Source of the DNA: an uncultured Clostridium sp.
GTDB taxonomy: Bacteria > Bacillota_I > Bacilli_A > RF39 > UBA660
Direction of reading: 5' to 3'
Length of the DNA: 64,000 nucleotides
NCBI GenBank assembly: GCA_905193755.1
Contig: CAJJPX010000001.1
Span: forward strand, 142,550 to 206,549
A model generated the notes under the pieces. That model was not told the origin of the DNA and searched no databases. It saw nothing but the letters and a program-made list of their open reading frames with translations. Made by a program: the position numbers and the translations under genes. This document shows positions 1 through 11,431 of the stretch, piece after piece; position 1 is the first letter of the stretch, and each line of letters opens with the position of its first letter.

Positions 1-929
1 AATTTCTGATACATATCACTATCTATATCAGTAGATTTCTTATTAATGATTTTTCCTACTGCTGTAATTAAATCTTGCATAGAACCAACTTTATCTATGC
101 ATAGTGCTTGTAACATTGAAAACTCTTCTGGTAATTCATAAGCATCCATCTTACTATAAACTGGAATCAATACTTTTTTCTTTTTATTTTTTATTAAGTC
201 TAAGTATCTACTCCACTCATTTTTAACCCATACTGAATTTAAATTATCAGCATTAGTGCCTACCACTAACATAACTTTTGAACTATTAAGTGCTGAAAAG
301 ATATATGGTTCATATTCTTCACCAAGTTTATCAGCAAGAGTAATTCTAGCAAAGAAAACTTTATAATTTAAATCAGTTAATTTATTATATATATCCTGAG
401 CAATAACACTATCGGGAGTTCTATCTCCATTTTTATCTCCTTCTTTATAACAAATAAAGATATCATAATTTTCTTCATTATTAGAAATTTCAAGTGCTTT
501 CTTTTGAATATTACTAATAGTTTTTGCTTCTTCTTTATATATATTTAACGCTTCTCCATAAGCTTTACTAATTATTATTTTATAATCAGGATCAGTTAAA
601 ACAGATTCATACTTTGTTCTATGACAAGTAATCATTTTCTTCTTAGTTTTAGGATCATCTACATATTCAACACCATATCTACAAAGTATTAGTCCCCAAT
701 GAGCTTCTAACTGATTTTCATCTATTTCAAGTATAGTTTCATATACACCATATGCTTTATCAAATTCATTTGATAGTCTTAAATTATTAGCTCTATTATA
801 TAAATTTAAAAGTTTTTCATTATCAACGCTTGGTAGAGTCATAGTACTTTTACAATATAAACATTTACCTATATTACTACCTTCAACTACTTCTATATCT
901 CCACCACACATCTTACATTTAAAAACCAT
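1..929 (-). CDS. Zn-ribbon / TPR-like hairpin / TIR-domain protein; C-terminus lies outside the window
   Basis: My own translation of the minus strand. ATG at 929-927 follows GGAGG (940-936). The frame stays open to position 1. N-terminus MVFKCKMCGG..GKCLYCKS is a CxxC..CxxC ribbon. TIR-like block: DIFICYKEGDKNGDRTPDSVIAQDIYNKLTDLNYKVFFARITL..SALNSSKVMLVVGT..SVWVKNEWSRYL. Absent from the ORF track because it is truncated by the window edge. Confidence 0.75.
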   Translation of the reverse strand, partial: MVFKCKMCGGDIEVVEGSNIGKCLYCKSTMTLPSVDNEKLLNLYNRANNLRLSNEFDKAYGVYETILEIDENQLEAHWGLILCRYGVEYVDDPKTKKKMITCHRTKYESVLTDPDYKIIISKAYGEALNIYKEEAKTISNIQKKALEISNNEENYDIFICYKEGDKNGDRTPDSVIAQDIYNKLTDLNYKVFFARITLADKLGEEYEPYIFSALNSSKVMLVVGTNADNLNSVWVKNEWSRYLDLIKNKKKKVLIPVYSKMDAYELPEEFSMLQALCIDKVGSMQDLITAVGKIINKKSTDIDSDMYQK

Positions 930-1374
930 TGTTACTGCCTCCATGCTAAACATATTTTACCATAGATACATTTATACTTCAATTATAACTAAATGAAATT
1001 TTACTATTTATGTTGATTTTTTCTCTCTTCTAATATTGTATCCATTAACTCATCAAATCCATAAAACATATCTTCTGCTATCCACATTAAATCTTCTTTT
1101 TGATAATCTATACACTCATACATAAAATCACTTAAATCAGCACAGCTATATTTATATACATTTTTATAATTAAATACTGTCCTACTAAATAACCTAAATA
1201 CTTTTTAGCTTCCCTCTTTATCTCTTTATCACTACATATATTAATAATAGTACATAAAGAACAAATAGTCTTTTGAAATAAACTTCTTATTTTCATAACA
1301 CATCACTACAATTATAATAACACATAATTGTATTCTTATCTTTATTAACTTATAATAAACCTAAGAGGTAACAT

Positions 1375-1947
1375 ATGAAAGCATATTTAGATATTGAAAA
1401 CTCAAGAACTCAAAAAGTAATAACAATATGTGTTAATATAATTAAATACAAAGTAGACAATGAAATAATATTTGATATATCACCTTTAAATAATAAAGAA
1501 TTAAAATTACTAGAAAATGCTATAAATGAAAAACTAACATACACAGACATAGAAATGTTTTTTATTGATAATAACAAAACACCTGATTTTGGCCCTGATT
1601 ACAGCTATAAAATCATTGACAATAAATTAATACTTACAAGGATTACTAAAAAGAAGGCTGAAAAAATAAAAGATGAACTTAAAAACGAAGACTGGACACT
1701 AAACTATGAAGAAGACTTTAATATCATTGGGAAAAACTTTCTAAAAACAAACTACAACTATTTACTAATTTATAAAGATAATGAATTCAAATCAAAATAT
1801 TATAAAAACAAACCAAAAGATTCAATATTTATGGACTTATTTTTTAATAAAAACTATAAAATGATAGCTCTATTCAAAAGAAAAGAAACAAACTCTAAAA
1901 ATATAAGAGATAATCTAGAATATATAAACTCTTACTTTGAAGAATAA
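1375..1947 (+). CDS. hypothetical protein (190 aa, Lys/Asn-rich, no recognised motif)
   Basis: ORF track entry. AAGAGGT precedes the ATG, and a shared hairpin terminator follows. No family recognised. Confidence 0.5.
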   Translation: MKAYLDIENSRTQKVITICVNIIKYKVDNEIIFDISPLNNKELKLLENAINEKLTYTDIEMFFIDNNKTPDFGPDYSYKIIDNKLILTRITKKKAEKIKDELKNEDWTLNYEEDFNIIGKNFLKTNYNYLLIYKDNEFKSKYYKNKPKDSIFMDLFFNKNYKMIALFKRKETNSKNIRDNLEYINSYFEE

Positions 1948-1975
1948 ATGGAATGACAAAGCATTCCATTTTTAT
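1947..1975. terminator. bidirectional stem-loop between convergent genes
   Basis: aatggaatg (1947-1955) / cattccatt (1962-1970) with a 6-nt loop and T/A runs on both sides. Confidence 0.5.
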
Positions 1976-2562
1976 TTATATTTTTCTCCTAATAATGTAC
2001 CATCAACTTTATAAAGACCTATCCCATCTATAGAAGGAAGTATTTTTAAATATCTATCTAATAAGTCATCTATTGATACAAAAGCAGGTATTTCACATAA
2101 TTCATCTATTGGCTCATAAGGAGCAAAATCTTCCATAAAAAGTTCAAGCGTAGGACTATACATTCCAAGTTTATAAGAACCATCCTTGTAATAATATACA
2201 ATTCTATAACCATCTTTAGCTTCCACAAAATTATAATCATATATTAATTCATCAACATATACTTCTCTATCATCTACTTTTGATACATTACTTCTAACAA
2301 GCTTTTCTATGCATGTACCATCAACTCTATATATTGCTACTCCCAAAGCTTTATCATTTATCAATAAAAATCTATTTAATAAATCATTTATATTAGTAAA
2401 TTTATAATTATCAAATTTTAATGCAAAATCTTCTATATTCTTAGCATAATATCCTCTTTGAGGAACTTCGTGGTAAATATCATATATATATACAATTCTA
2501 TAGCCTTCGTCATATATTACATTTTTTTCATATCTACATAATTCACTTTTGTCTATTTTCAT
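1972..2562 (-). CDS. hypothetical protein built from two tandem ~85-aa repeats
   Basis: ORF track entry. Both halves share GYRIVY.Y ... I(N/D)DLL(N/D)R(F/Y)L ... G(V/I).(I/L)Y(R/K)VDGT. It is the last gene of a three-gene minus-strand cluster. Confidence 0.55.
   Translation of the reverse strand: MKIDKSELCRYEKNVIYDEGYRIVYIYDIYHEVPQRGYYAKNIEDFALKFDNYKFTNINDLLNRFLLINDKALGVAIYRVDGTCIEKLVRSNVSKVDDREVYVDELIYDYNFVEAKDGYRIVYYYKDGSYKLGMYSPTLELFMEDFAPYEPIDELCEIPAFVSIDDLLDRYLKILPSIDGIGLYKVDGTLLGEKYK
1975..2514 (-). repeat. intragenic tandem duplication (two protein-level repeats, about 1975-2226 and 2269-2514)
   Basis: Alignment by eye of residues ~17-98 against ~113-196 of the 196-aa ORF. Boundaries are approximate. 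Confidence 0.5.
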
Positions 2563-2591
2563 TAACTACTCCTTTAATTTAAAAATAATAA

Positions 2592-3374
2592 TCACATAAT
2601 CTTAATACCATTTGTAAAAAACTTTTTGCTTTTTGATATTACCTTCATTGCAGTTTCACAATATTCATCATCCGAAATATCTAAGCCATAATAAAACCTA
2701 TCATCTAATTCTTTAAAAACCGAAAAATCATATTTAGATAGAATAAATATTTTATCAATCATAGTAAAATATGTTTTTAAAGGTGAACTAACCATCCTTC
2801 CATTATAATGATACCCCCTAATATTTCTTTTTAAAATTTCAAAATCAAATAATTCTACTAAGTTATTTACAGTACTCTTTATATAGAGCAACAAAGAGGA
2901 AATCTCTAATATTGATTTAATTTCTGCAAATCTTTCAGCAGGAGCACATTCATATAATTTATCATCGTATATAACATCACAACTATTTATTTGTGAATCT
3001 CTAATAATGTTAGAATCAAAATTATCAGCATTAATATATTTTTGCTGAATAGCATGTTCAACCTCATGAAAAATAACTTGAATAATTCTTAAATTTATAT
3101 ATAATATCTTTTCAAAATCATCCAAAACTAATATTTCACTATTTATATCTACTATCATTTTTTTTAAAACATTTTCAAAAAGAAAAATTTCCTTTTTATT
3201 AATAGAATAAGAAGCAAGAATATTGCTTCCTATTCTATGGATTTCTATATTGCTTATATAATCATTTAATTGCTTATCTATAATTATAAACTCAATAATT
3301 CTATAAATGTCATAAATATTAATAATTTGATGCGCCTTAGATTTATCAAAAACAATTTTTAAAATACCTTCCAT
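2592..3374 (-). CDS. hypothetical protein with an HExxH motif (possible Zn-metallopeptidase-like)
   Basis: ORF track entry. It has a single HEVEH (IFHEVEHAIQQ) in a helical context and no signal peptide. Family not recognised. Confidence 0.45.
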   Translation of the reverse strand: MEGILKIVFDKSKAHQIINIYDIYRIIEFIIIDKQLNDYISNIEIHRIGSNILASYSINKKEIFLFENVLKKMIVDINSEILVLDDFEKILYINLRIIQVIFHEVEHAIQQKYINADNFDSNIIRDSQINSCDVIYDDKLYECAPAERFAEIKSILEISSLLLYIKSTVNNLVELFDFEILKRNIRGYHYNGRMVSSPLKTYFTMIDKIFILSKYDFSVFKELDDRFYYGLDISDDEYCETAMKVISKSKKFFTNGIKIM

Positions 3375-3411
3375 ACATTTATATCTTTTTAATGTGCTAT
3401 ATAACCAATAA

Positions 3412-3753
3412 TTATTTTTTTAATTTTAAAATCATTTGTTCTTTTTGTTTAGAATTTATTAAATCTATTTCTTCCTCAGTAAATAATATAGAATTTGAAT
3501 ATTTAAGCCAAGGATTATACCAAGGTCTTCCATATGATTTTTCGTCTTCTGGTTCTCTTCCAGGTCTAGGATCATTTACATTATCATGACCATGACCTTT
3601 TGTCCAATCGCCTTCTGTTGGAGTATATATATCACCCTTTTCTACATCAATATATACATCAATACCATCATCATTCATACACTCTGCTGACTCTAAATAA
3701 TCAGCATATGCTTGACAATCTCCATTAAAATCATCCAAAGTTTTTCTAGCCAT
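3412..3753 (-). CDS. hypothetical acidic protein (113 aa)
   Basis: ORF track entry. It is the first gene after the rpoC terminator, and AAGGGAGATGAATTA precedes the ATG. No family recognised. Confidence 0.45.
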   Translation of the reverse strand: MARKTLDDFNGDCQAYADYLESAECMNDDGIDVYIDVEKGDIYTPTEGDWTKGHGHDNVNDPRPGREPEDEKSYGRPWYNPWLKYSNSILFTEEEIDLINSKQKEQMILKLKK

Positions 3754-3931
3754 TAATTCATCTCCCTTACTTTTTTTGATAATAACACATTAAAACTCCT
3801 TTCACCAATTAAATTAATAATATCAAACAATATTTTCTCCTAATAAAATAATAAATTAAAAATAAGTAAAAATCAAGTTAACAAATAATTAATCTTAAGT
3901 TCTAATTACAAATATGCTTGAATAAATAATA

Positions 3932-3963
3932 ATACAAAAAAGAAAATGCATTAAGCATTTTCT
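3932..3963 (-). terminator. rho-independent terminator of rpoC
   Basis: Minus-strand transcript AGAAAATGC-UUAAU-GCAUUUUCU followed by UUUUUGUAUU. The rpoC TAA stop lies in the loop. Confidence 0.6.
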
Positions 3964-6900
3964 TTTTCATCATTCTCTTTTTCTGGTTCAGCCATTGCAT
4001 CTACAACATCTTCATTTTTATCATCAGATAAGAATTTTTCTTCTAGTACTTCAGCAGCATCATCATCTAAAAGTTCATTCTTTAGGATAACTTCAATATT
4101 ATTATATTGTTTAGCTCCTGTACCAGCAGGAATTAATTTACCTAAGATAACGTTTTCTTTAAGTCCATGTAACATATCCATCTTACCACGAGTAGCAGCA
4201 TCTGTTAAGATTCTTGTAGTTTCTTGGAATGATGCAGCTGATAAGAATGAATCTGTTTCTAATGAAGCTTTAGTTATACCTAACATAATTGGTTTTCCAG
4301 TAGCTGGAACTCCACCTGATAAGATAACTGGTTTATTGATTTCAGCAAATTCTCTTAGAGGAACTGTAAGTCCTTCAATTAAGTTTGTATCTCCTGGATC
4401 AACAACTTTAATCTTAGTAATCATTCTTCTAACAACTGTTTCAACATGTTTATCTGAAACATCAACACCTTGACTCTTATAAACTTTTTGAATTTCTTTT
4501 AAGATGTAACCTTGTACTGTAGTAGGGTCAGTAACAGCTAGTAATTCTTTTGGAGAAATACTTCCTTCTGTTAGTGGATCTCCAGCATTTACAACGTCAC
4601 CCTTTTCAACTCTAAGTTTAGCATTGTATTGAGTAACATGTTCACGAGTTTCAACATCGTTAGTAATATATATTTTAAATCTATTATTCTTATCATCAGT
4701 AATCTTAGTAATCTTACCATTGATTTCAGCGATAGTAGCTTTAGCTTTAGGAATACGAGCTTCGAAAAGTTCTTCAACTCTTGGAAGACCTTGAGTGATA
4801 TCTGCAGCTGATGCAACACCACCTGTATGGAATGTACGCATTGTTAATTGTGTACCTGGCTCACCGATTGATTGAGCAGCCATAATACCAGTTGCTTCAC
4901 CTACTTCTACTAAGTTACCAGTAGCAAGGTTAAGTCCATAACATTTTTGACATACACCATTAGTACACTTACATGTAAGTACACTTCTGATTTCCATCTT
5001 AGTAATTCCAGCTTTTTCTATCTTATCAGCAATCTTTTCAGTAATTAATGCACCCTTATCAACTAATACTTCTTTAGTTTCAGGATTTAATACTTTTTGA
5101 TTTGAGAAACGACCTGTTATTCTATCTTTAAAGCTTTCAATAACAGCTCCACTCTTTTCATCAGTGAATGCTTCAACTTCAATACCTTGAATAGTTCCAC
5201 AATCTTCTTCACGTACAATTATATCTTGTACAACATCAACTAAACGTCTTGTTAAGTAACCTGCATCTGCAGTCTTAAGAGCTGTATCGGCAGTTCCTTT
5301 TCTAGATCCATGTGTTGATAAGAAGAATTCTTGAACGTCTAATCCTTCACGGAATGAAGCTAAGATTGGAATTTCTACTTGACCACCATCTGGTTTAGCC
5401 ATAATACCACGCATACCAGCAAGTTGTCCTAATTGGTTTGCAGAACCTCTGGCTCCAGAGTTAATAATCATTGATAATGGATTTTCTACATCTTGTTTTA
5501 GTAATTCACCTAATTTACCCTGAACATTATTTGTAGCATCTGTCCATAATTTAATAACTTTATTATGTCTTTCTTCATCAGTTATAAGACCACGTTTAAA
5601 TTGTTTATTGATTTTTTCAATTGTTGCATTTGTTTCTTCTATAATAGCTTCTTTTTCATGGTTAACTGGTATATCAGAAAGTGAAATTGTTATACCAGAT
5701 TTAGTACTATATTTAAATCCTAAATCTTTTAATTTATCTAAGAAAATTGATGTTTCTGTAGTTTTATATCTCTTAAATATTTGAGCAATTATTTTTCCTA
5801 AATCTTTTTTAATTAAAGCAGGAATTAATGGTAATTTAGCAACTTCTTCTGGAAGATTCTTACCTTTTTCAATAAAGAATTTATCTGGAGTCATAACTTC
5901 AATATTTTCTTTACTTCCTTCATTAATATAAGGATAAGTATCTGGGAATATTTCATTGAATATTATTTTACCAGCAGTAGTTACTATATATTTATTTTTT
6001 TGTTCATCTGTCCAAACTTTATGTTTAAATTCCTTAGTTGGAATACATACTCTAGTATGAAGAGTAATATCACGTCTTTCATAAGCCATTAATACTTCAT
6101 TTGGATCTTTATATGCTTTACCTTCATTAGGTTCACCAGCAAGTTCTAATGTTAGATAATAGTTACCTAATACCATATCTTGAGATGGTGTAACGATTGG
6201 TTTTCCATCTTTTGGATCAAGTATATTATTAGCACCTAACATTAATAATCTAGCTTCAGCTTGAGCTTCTTCACTAATTGGAATATGAATAGCCATTTGA
6301 TCACCATCGAAGTCAGCATTGAATCCACTACAAACTAGTGGGTGTAATCTTAATGCTTTACCACTAACTAAGATTGGTTCGAATGCTTGAATAGAAAGTC
6401 TATGTAGTGTTGGAGCACGGTTTAATAATACTGGATGTTCACGAATAACATCTTCTACTACATCCCATACTCTTTCATCTTGTACATCTATTATCTTCTT
6501 AGCAGCTTTAATATTATGAGCTATTCCTCTTTCAACTAATTGTTGCATAACATATGGTTTGAATAATTCAAGAGCCATATCTTTAGGTACACCACATTGA
6601 TACATTTTAAGACTAGGTCCTACTACGATAACTGAACGACCACTATAGTCAACACGTTTACCTAATAGGTTTTGTCTAAATCTACCTTGTTTACCTTTTA
6701 ACATTGATGATAATGATTTAAGTGGTCTATTTCCTACACCAGAAACACTTCTACCACGTCTTCCATTATCAATTAAAGCATCTACTGCTTCTTGAAGCAT
6801 ACGTTTTTCATTTTGAACAATGATTGTTGGAGCTTCAAGTTCTAATAATTTTTTAAGACGATTATTTCTATTAATAATTCTTCTATATAAATCATTTAAA

Positions 6901-7658
6901 TCTGAAGTAGCAAATCTTCCACCTGGAAGTTGAATCATAGGTCTTAGATCTGGTGGTATTACTGGAAGTACATCTAGTATCATCCATTCAGGTCTTTGAC
7001 CACTTTCAAGGAATGAATTTAAGCAATCTAATCTCTTAACTAATCTAATTTTCTTTTGTCCTTGAGCTTTTTCTACTTCTTTCTTTAATTCTTCTACTTC
7101 TTTTTCAAGATCAACTTCAGTAAGTAATTGTTTAATTGCTTCAGCACCCATACCTACTTTGAATTCATCACCATATTTTTCATAATATGCTCTGTATTCT
7201 TTATCAGATAATGTTTGCTTTTTAGCAAGAGGTGCAATTCCTGGATCAAGTACTATATAACTAACAAAATATAATACTTCTTCTAACTCACGAGGACTAA
7301 TATCAAGTACAAGTCCCATTTTAGGAGGTACACCCTTTGCATACCAAATGTGGCTAACAGGACTAGCAAGTTCAATATGTCCCATTCTTTCTCTACGTAC
7401 TTTAGCACGTGTTACTTCTACACCACATCTATCACAAATAACATTTTTATATCTTAATCTTTTATATTTTTTACAACTACATTCAAAGTCTTTAGTTGGA
7501 CCGAATATCTTTTCACAGAAAAGTCCATCTCTTTCAGGGTTTAAAGTTCTGTAGTTAATAGTTTCTGGTTTCTTTACTTCACCATAAGACCATTCACGAA
7601 TCTTTTCAGGAGAAGCAATACCAATACGAATTCCATCAAATTCATTAACTTCCATCAT
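3951..7658 (-). CDS. rpoC: DNA-directed RNA polymerase subunit beta'
   Basis: 1235 aa. It has the Zn finger [15 protein letters not shown], the NADFDGDQM catalytic loop and canonical beta' blocks throughout. Confidence 0.98.
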   Translation of the reverse strand: MMEVNEFDGIRIGIASPEKIREWSYGEVKKPETINYRTLNPERDGLFCEKIFGPTKDFECSCKKYKRLRYKNVICDRCGVEVTRAKVRRERMGHIELASPVSHIWYAKGVPPKMGLVLDISPRELEEVLYFVSYIVLDPGIAPLAKKQTLSDKEYRAYYEKYGDEFKVGMGAEAIKQLLTEVDLEKEVEELKKEVEKAQGQKKIRLVKRLDCLNSFLESGQRPEWMILDVLPVIPPDLRPMIQLPGGRFATSDLNDLYRRIINRNNRLKKLLELEAPTIIVQNEKRMLQEAVDALIDNGRRGRSVSGVGNRPLKSLSSMLKGKQGRFRQNLLGKRVDYSGRSVIVVGPSLKMYQCGVPKDMALELFKPYVMQQLVERGIAHNIKAAKKIIDVQDERVWDVVEDVIREHPVLLNRAPTLHRLSIQAFEPILVSGKALRLHPLVCSGFNADFDGDQMAIHIPISEEAQAEARLLMLGANNILDPKDGKPIVTPSQDMVLGNYYLTLELAGEPNEGKAYKDPNEVLMAYERRDITLHTRVCIPTKEFKHKVWTDEQKNKYIVTTAGKIIFNEIFPDTYPYINEGSKENIEVMTPDKFFIEKGKNLPEEVAKLPLIPALIKKDLGKIIAQIFKRYKTTETSIFLDKLKDLGFKYSTKSGITISLSDIPVNHEKEAIIEETNATIEKINKQFKRGLITDEERHNKVIKLWTDATNNVQGKLGELLKQDVENPLSMIINSGARGSANQLGQLAGMRGIMAKPDGGQVEIPILASFREGLDVQEFFLSTHGSRKGTADTALKTADAGYLTRRLVDVVQDIIVREEDCGTIQGIEVEAFTDEKSGAVIESFKDRITGRFSNQKVLNPETKEVLVDKGALITEKIADKIEKAGITKMEIRSVLTCKCTNGVCQKCYGLNLATGNLVEVGEATGIMAAQSIGEPGTQLTMRTFHTGGVASAADITQGLPRVEELFEARIPKAKATIAEINGKITKITDDKNNRFKIYITNDVETREHVTQYNAKLRVEKGDVVNAGDPLTEGSISPKELLAVTDPTTVQGYILKEIQKVYKSQGVDVSDKHVETVVRRMITKIKVVDPGDTNLIEGLTVPLREFAEINKPVILSGGVPATGKPIMLGITKASLETDSFLSAASFQETTRILTDAATRGKMDMLHGLKENVILGKLIPAGTGAKQYNNIEVILKNELLDDDAAEVLEEKFLSDDKNEDVVDAMAEPEKENDEKENA

Positions 7659-10600
7659 TATTCTTCACCCCTTTCGTAAGCATCATCTTGATAGTCATCA
7701 AGACCATACTCTTCTTCATATTCAAGATCTTCATCAGTTGGTTCTAAATCTTCATCCTCATCTTCATCTTGAACATCTTCATAATTAGATTCATCTGTAT
7801 TATCACTTTCAGTATCTTCTACTTTACTAATTTCTTCGATTGATACTGGAGTGTCTTCTTTATCTTCATCATCTTCAAGTTCTTTAACATCTTTTAGTGA
7901 TCCATCTTTATTAACTATTTGAATATCTAAACCTAATGCTTGGAATTCTTTAATTAATACTCTAAATGATTCAGGAACACCTGGTGTTGGGATTGGTTTA
8001 CCTTTAACTAATGCTTCATATACTCTAACTCTTCCAACTACATCATCTGATTTAATTGTAAGAACTTCTTGTAAGATATGAGCAGCACCATAAGCATATA
8101 ATGCCCAAACTTCCATTTCTCCGAATCTTTGACCACCAAATTGAGCTTTACCACCTAAAGGTTGTTGTGTAACCATACTATAAGGTCCTGTAGCACGAGC
8201 ATGAATCTTATCATCAACCATGTGTACAAGTCTTATCATGTACATAACACCAACAGATACTCTCTTATCGAATCTTTCACCAGTACGTCCATCATATAAC
8301 CAAGTCTTATAGTCAGGGTCAAGTCCAGCTTCTGCTACTTCTTCTTGAATATCTTTTTCAGTAGCACTATCGAATATTGGTGTAGCATAATGAACACCTA
8401 ATTTCTTACCAGCCATACCTAAGTGTAACTCTAAGATTTGTCCTAAGTTCATACGAGAAGGAACACCTAATGGGTTTAAGATTACATCTACTGGAGTACC
8501 ATCTGGTAAATATGGCATATCTTCTGAAGGAAGAATTAATGAACAAACACCTTTATTTCCGTGACGTCCAGCCATCTTATCTCCAACTTGAATCTTTCTC
8601 TTCTTAACTATATATACACGAACTACTTTTGAAACTCCAGCAGGAAGTTCATCAGAGTTTTCTTTAGTGAATATTTGTACATCATGTACAATTCCTGAAC
8701 ATCCATGACTAACACGAAGTGATGTATCACGAACTTCACGAGTCTTTTCACCAAATATTGCATGTAATAATTTTTCTTCACTTGATAATTCTTGCATTCC
8801 TTTAGGAGTAACTTTACCAACAAGAATATCATTTTCTTTTATTTCAGTACCAATTCTTACTATACCATTTTCATCTAAATTCTTACGAGCATCTTCACTA
8901 ATATTTGGAATATCTCTTGTGAATTCTTCTGGTCCAAGTTTAGTATCACGGCACTCTATTTCTTTCATTTCAATGTGAATTGATGTAAGAACATCATCAC
9001 GAACTATTCTTTCATTTAAAATAACTGCATCTTCATAGTTATAACCATTATAAGTCATGAATGCTACAACTAAGTTTTTACCTAAACCAATTTCTCCTTT
9101 ATCAGTAGAAGGTCCATCAGCAATTATTTCTCCTTTATGAACTTGTTCACCTTTCTTAACAATTGGTCTTTGATTATAACAAGTTTCATTATTACTTCTT
9201 TGATAACTAACTAGTTCATAAGTATGTTTTTCTTCTAAACCTTTAACTATAATCTTTTTAGCATCAACGTATTCTACTACACCATCTAAGTCACATACTA
9301 CTGAGCAACCAGAATCACGAGCTATAGCAGCTTCTACTCCAGTTCCTACAATAGGAGCTTCTGTAATCATTAGTGGTACAGCTTGTCTTTGCATGTTTGC
9401 ACCCATTAGTGTACGGTTAGCATCATCATGTTCCATAAATGGAATCATACTTGTTGTAACAGATACAATTTGTGATGGTGAAACATCTATATAATCTACC
9501 TTCTCACGAGGAACGATCATATTATCTTTATTATATCTAACCGGAACTGTTTCAGAACTTATATATCCATTATCATCAACATCAATTGTTGCTTGACTAA
9601 TGTAATAATCTTCTTCTTCATCAGCAGTCATATATACTATTTCATCAGTTATTTTATTATCAATAACTTTTCTATATGGAGTCATTATAAATCCATATTC
9701 ATTAATTCTAGCATAACTAGCAAGTGATGTAATAAGTCCAATGTTTTGACCTTCTGGAGTCTCGATAGGACAAATTCTACCATAGTGAGATGGGTTAACA
9801 TCACGAACTTCCATACCAGCTCTATCTCTTGATAAACCACCTGGACCTAAAGCACTAAGTCTACGTTTATCATTTAATTCTGATAATGGGTTTATTTGAT
9901 CCATAAATTTAGAAAGTTGACTGCTACCAAAGAATTCTTTTAAAGAAGCAGTAACTGGTCTAATATTAATTAATGATTTTGGAGTAACAGCATCAATCTC
10001 TTGAGTAGACATCTTATCTCTAATTTGTCTTTCCATACGTGCTATACCAATTCTAAATTGATTTTGAATTAATTCTCCAACTTGTCTTACACGTCTATTT
10101 CCTAAGTGATCTATTTCATCATACTTACCAACACCATATAATAAACATATATAATATGAAAGTGATGCATAAACATCAGATATAGTTAATCTCTTAGTAT
10201 CAATAGTTTGATCATTACCTATAATCTTAATAACTTTTTCATCTTCATCATTAGAATATACAAGAACTTCTTGAATCTTATTGTATGTATCTAATTCTTC
10301 ATTAATAGTTACTTCTTTTACTCCATATCCATTTTCAAAATATGGTTTGATAGTCTCAAGAATATCTTTAGTAATTAATGTTCCTTTTTTAACAATAACT
10401 TCTCCATCTATTTCAATATCTTGAGCTATTTTAGCATTAAGAAGTCTATCTAATACATTAAGTTTCTTATTGAATTTATATCTACCAACTTTACCTAAAT
10501 CATATCTAAATTTATCAAAGAATCTAACAATTAATTGGTTTTTAGCTGAATCTAATGTAGCTGGTTCACCTGGTCTTAATTTTTCATAAATTTCAATTAA

Positions 10601-11296
10601 TGCTTCATCAGTATTCTTAGTAGAATCTTTTTCTAAAGTATTAATTAAATATTCATCTTGACCAAACAATTCTAATATTTCATCGTCGCTTGAAAGACCT
10701 AAAGCTCTTAATAATGTAGTAACAGGAACTTTACGAGTTCTATCTATTCTTACATATAAGATTCCTCTAGCATCAAGTTCATATTCAAGCCAAGTACCTT
10801 TATTAGGTCTAACTTCACTTGTAATGATATTTCTACCACTCTTATCTACTTCATTCTTGTAATAACAAGATGGTCCCATAACAAGTTGTGAGTTGATAAC
10901 TCTCTCTGCTCCATTAATTATGAATGAACCAGTATCAGTCATTAAAGGCATATCACCTAAGAATACTTCTTGTTCCTTAACTTCACCAGTCTCATTAATA
11001 AATAATCTAGCTTTCACTTTTAAAGGTGCAGAATATGTAACTTTTCTTTCACGACTCTCTTTAACAGAATATTTAGGCTCATCAAAATAATAATCACCAA
11101 ATTCTAATGATAATGAACCAGAAAAACTTTCAACAGGAAAAATATCTTCAAATACTTCCTTGATTCCTTCCTTTAAAAATAAGTCAAATGAACTTTTCTG
11201 AATTTCTAACAAATTAGAAAGTCCTAGCGTACTACGCTTTGTTGAGAAACTTCTTCTTTCTCTATGGTCACCAAATTTTACTGTTTTGTATGCCAC
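7658..11296 (-). CDS. rpoB: DNA-directed RNA polymerase subunit beta
   Basis: 1212 aa with canonical beta blocks ([25 protein letters not shown]). GTG start behind GGGGTGA. Its stop overlaps the rpoC ATG by 1 nt (TAATG). Confidence 0.98.
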   Translation of the reverse strand: MAYKTVKFGDHRERRSFSTKRSTLGLSNLLEIQKSSFDLFLKEGIKEVFEDIFPVESFSGSLSLEFGDYYFDEPKYSVKESRERKVTYSAPLKVKARLFINETGEVKEQEVFLGDMPLMTDTGSFIINGAERVINSQLVMGPSCYYKNEVDKSGRNIITSEVRPNKGTWLEYELDARGILYVRIDRTRKVPVTTLLRALGLSSDDEILELFGQDEYLINTLEKDSTKNTDEALIEIYEKLRPGEPATLDSAKNQLIVRFFDKFRYDLGKVGRYKFNKKLNVLDRLLNAKIAQDIEIDGEVIVKKGTLITKDILETIKPYFENGYGVKEVTINEELDTYNKIQEVLVYSNDEDEKVIKIIGNDQTIDTKRLTISDVYASLSYYICLLYGVGKYDEIDHLGNRRVRQVGELIQNQFRIGIARMERQIRDKMSTQEIDAVTPKSLINIRPVTASLKEFFGSSQLSKFMDQINPLSELNDKRRLSALGPGGLSRDRAGMEVRDVNPSHYGRICPIETPEGQNIGLITSLASYARINEYGFIMTPYRKVIDNKITDEIVYMTADEEEDYYISQATIDVDDNGYISSETVPVRYNKDNMIVPREKVDYIDVSPSQIVSVTTSMIPFMEHDDANRTLMGANMQRQAVPLMITEAPIVGTGVEAAIARDSGCSVVCDLDGVVEYVDAKKIIVKGLEEKHTYELVSYQRSNNETCYNQRPIVKKGEQVHKGEIIADGPSTDKGEIGLGKNLVVAFMTYNGYNYEDAVILNERIVRDDVLTSIHIEMKEIECRDTKLGPEEFTRDIPNISEDARKNLDENGIVRIGTEIKENDILVGKVTPKGMQELSSEEKLLHAIFGEKTREVRDTSLRVSHGCSGIVHDVQIFTKENSDELPAGVSKVVRVYIVKKRKIQVGDKMAGRHGNKGVCSLILPSEDMPYLPDGTPVDVILNPLGVPSRMNLGQILELHLGMAGKKLGVHYATPIFDSATEKDIQEEVAEAGLDPDYKTWLYDGRTGERFDKRVSVGVMYMIRLVHMVDDKIHARATGPYSMVTQQPLGGKAQFGGQRFGEMEVWALYAYGAAHILQEVLTIKSDDVVGRVRVYEALVKGKPIPTPGVPESFRVLIKEFQALGLDIQIVNKDGSLKDVKELEDDEDKEDTPVSIEEISKVEDTESDNTDESNYEDVQDEDEDEDLEPTDEDLEYEEEYGLDDYQDDAYERGEE

Positions 11297-11367
11297 TTTT
11301 TCACCCCAATCCTAAATTTTTAAAGAACACAAATTTTAAAAATAAAACAAATGTACTGCAATATAAA

Positions 11368-11397
11368 ATTTTACCACACTCTATTTCAATAAGTCAA
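11368..11397 (-). promoter_or_regulatory. possible sigma-A promoter for rpoBC
   Basis: On the minus strand: TTGACT, an 18-nt spacer ending in TGg, then TAAAAT. A motif match in AT-rich DNA is weak evidence on its own. Confidence 0.3.
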
Positions 11398-11431
11398 TTA
11401 CTTTTTATGAAAAATGTCAAGCAATTTTATA

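Noticed and set aside
1008-1296. Two short minus-strand ORFs (MKIRSLFQKTICSL...LVGQ... and ...MYECIDYQKEDLMWIAEDMFYGFDELMDTILEERKNQHK). They would fuse into a ~95-aa protein with a 1-nt frameshift, so this could be a pseudogene next to the TIR gene.
   Set aside because: There is no convincing SD, no recognisable family, and both pieces fall below the size at which coding can be argued from sequence alone. It is worth a tblastn search but is not reportable as a feature.
3392-3589. 65-aa plus-strand ORF overlapping the 113-aa minus-strand gene.
   Set aside because: It overlaps an ORF that has an SD and fits the operon context. The product is hydrophobic and low-complexity, and no SD is present.
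4589-4822. Track ORFs embedded in or antisense to rpoC and rpoB (4589-4822 minus, 4629-4811 plus, 7348-7554 plus, 8623-8832 minus, 10893-11090 plus).
   Set aside because: They lie entirely inside the highly conserved rpoC/rpoB frames. Their products are low-complexity Leu/Ser/Phe-rich peptides typical of off-frame translation of AT-rich coding DNA, and no SD is present.
3954-7880. Long poly-acidic C-terminal tails on RpoB (~70 aa, [26 protein letters not shown]...) and RpoC (~45 aa).
   Set aside because: Acidic C-terminal extensions of beta also occur in B. subtilis and other Firmicutes. They are probably lineage-typical rather than novel, although these are longer than usual.
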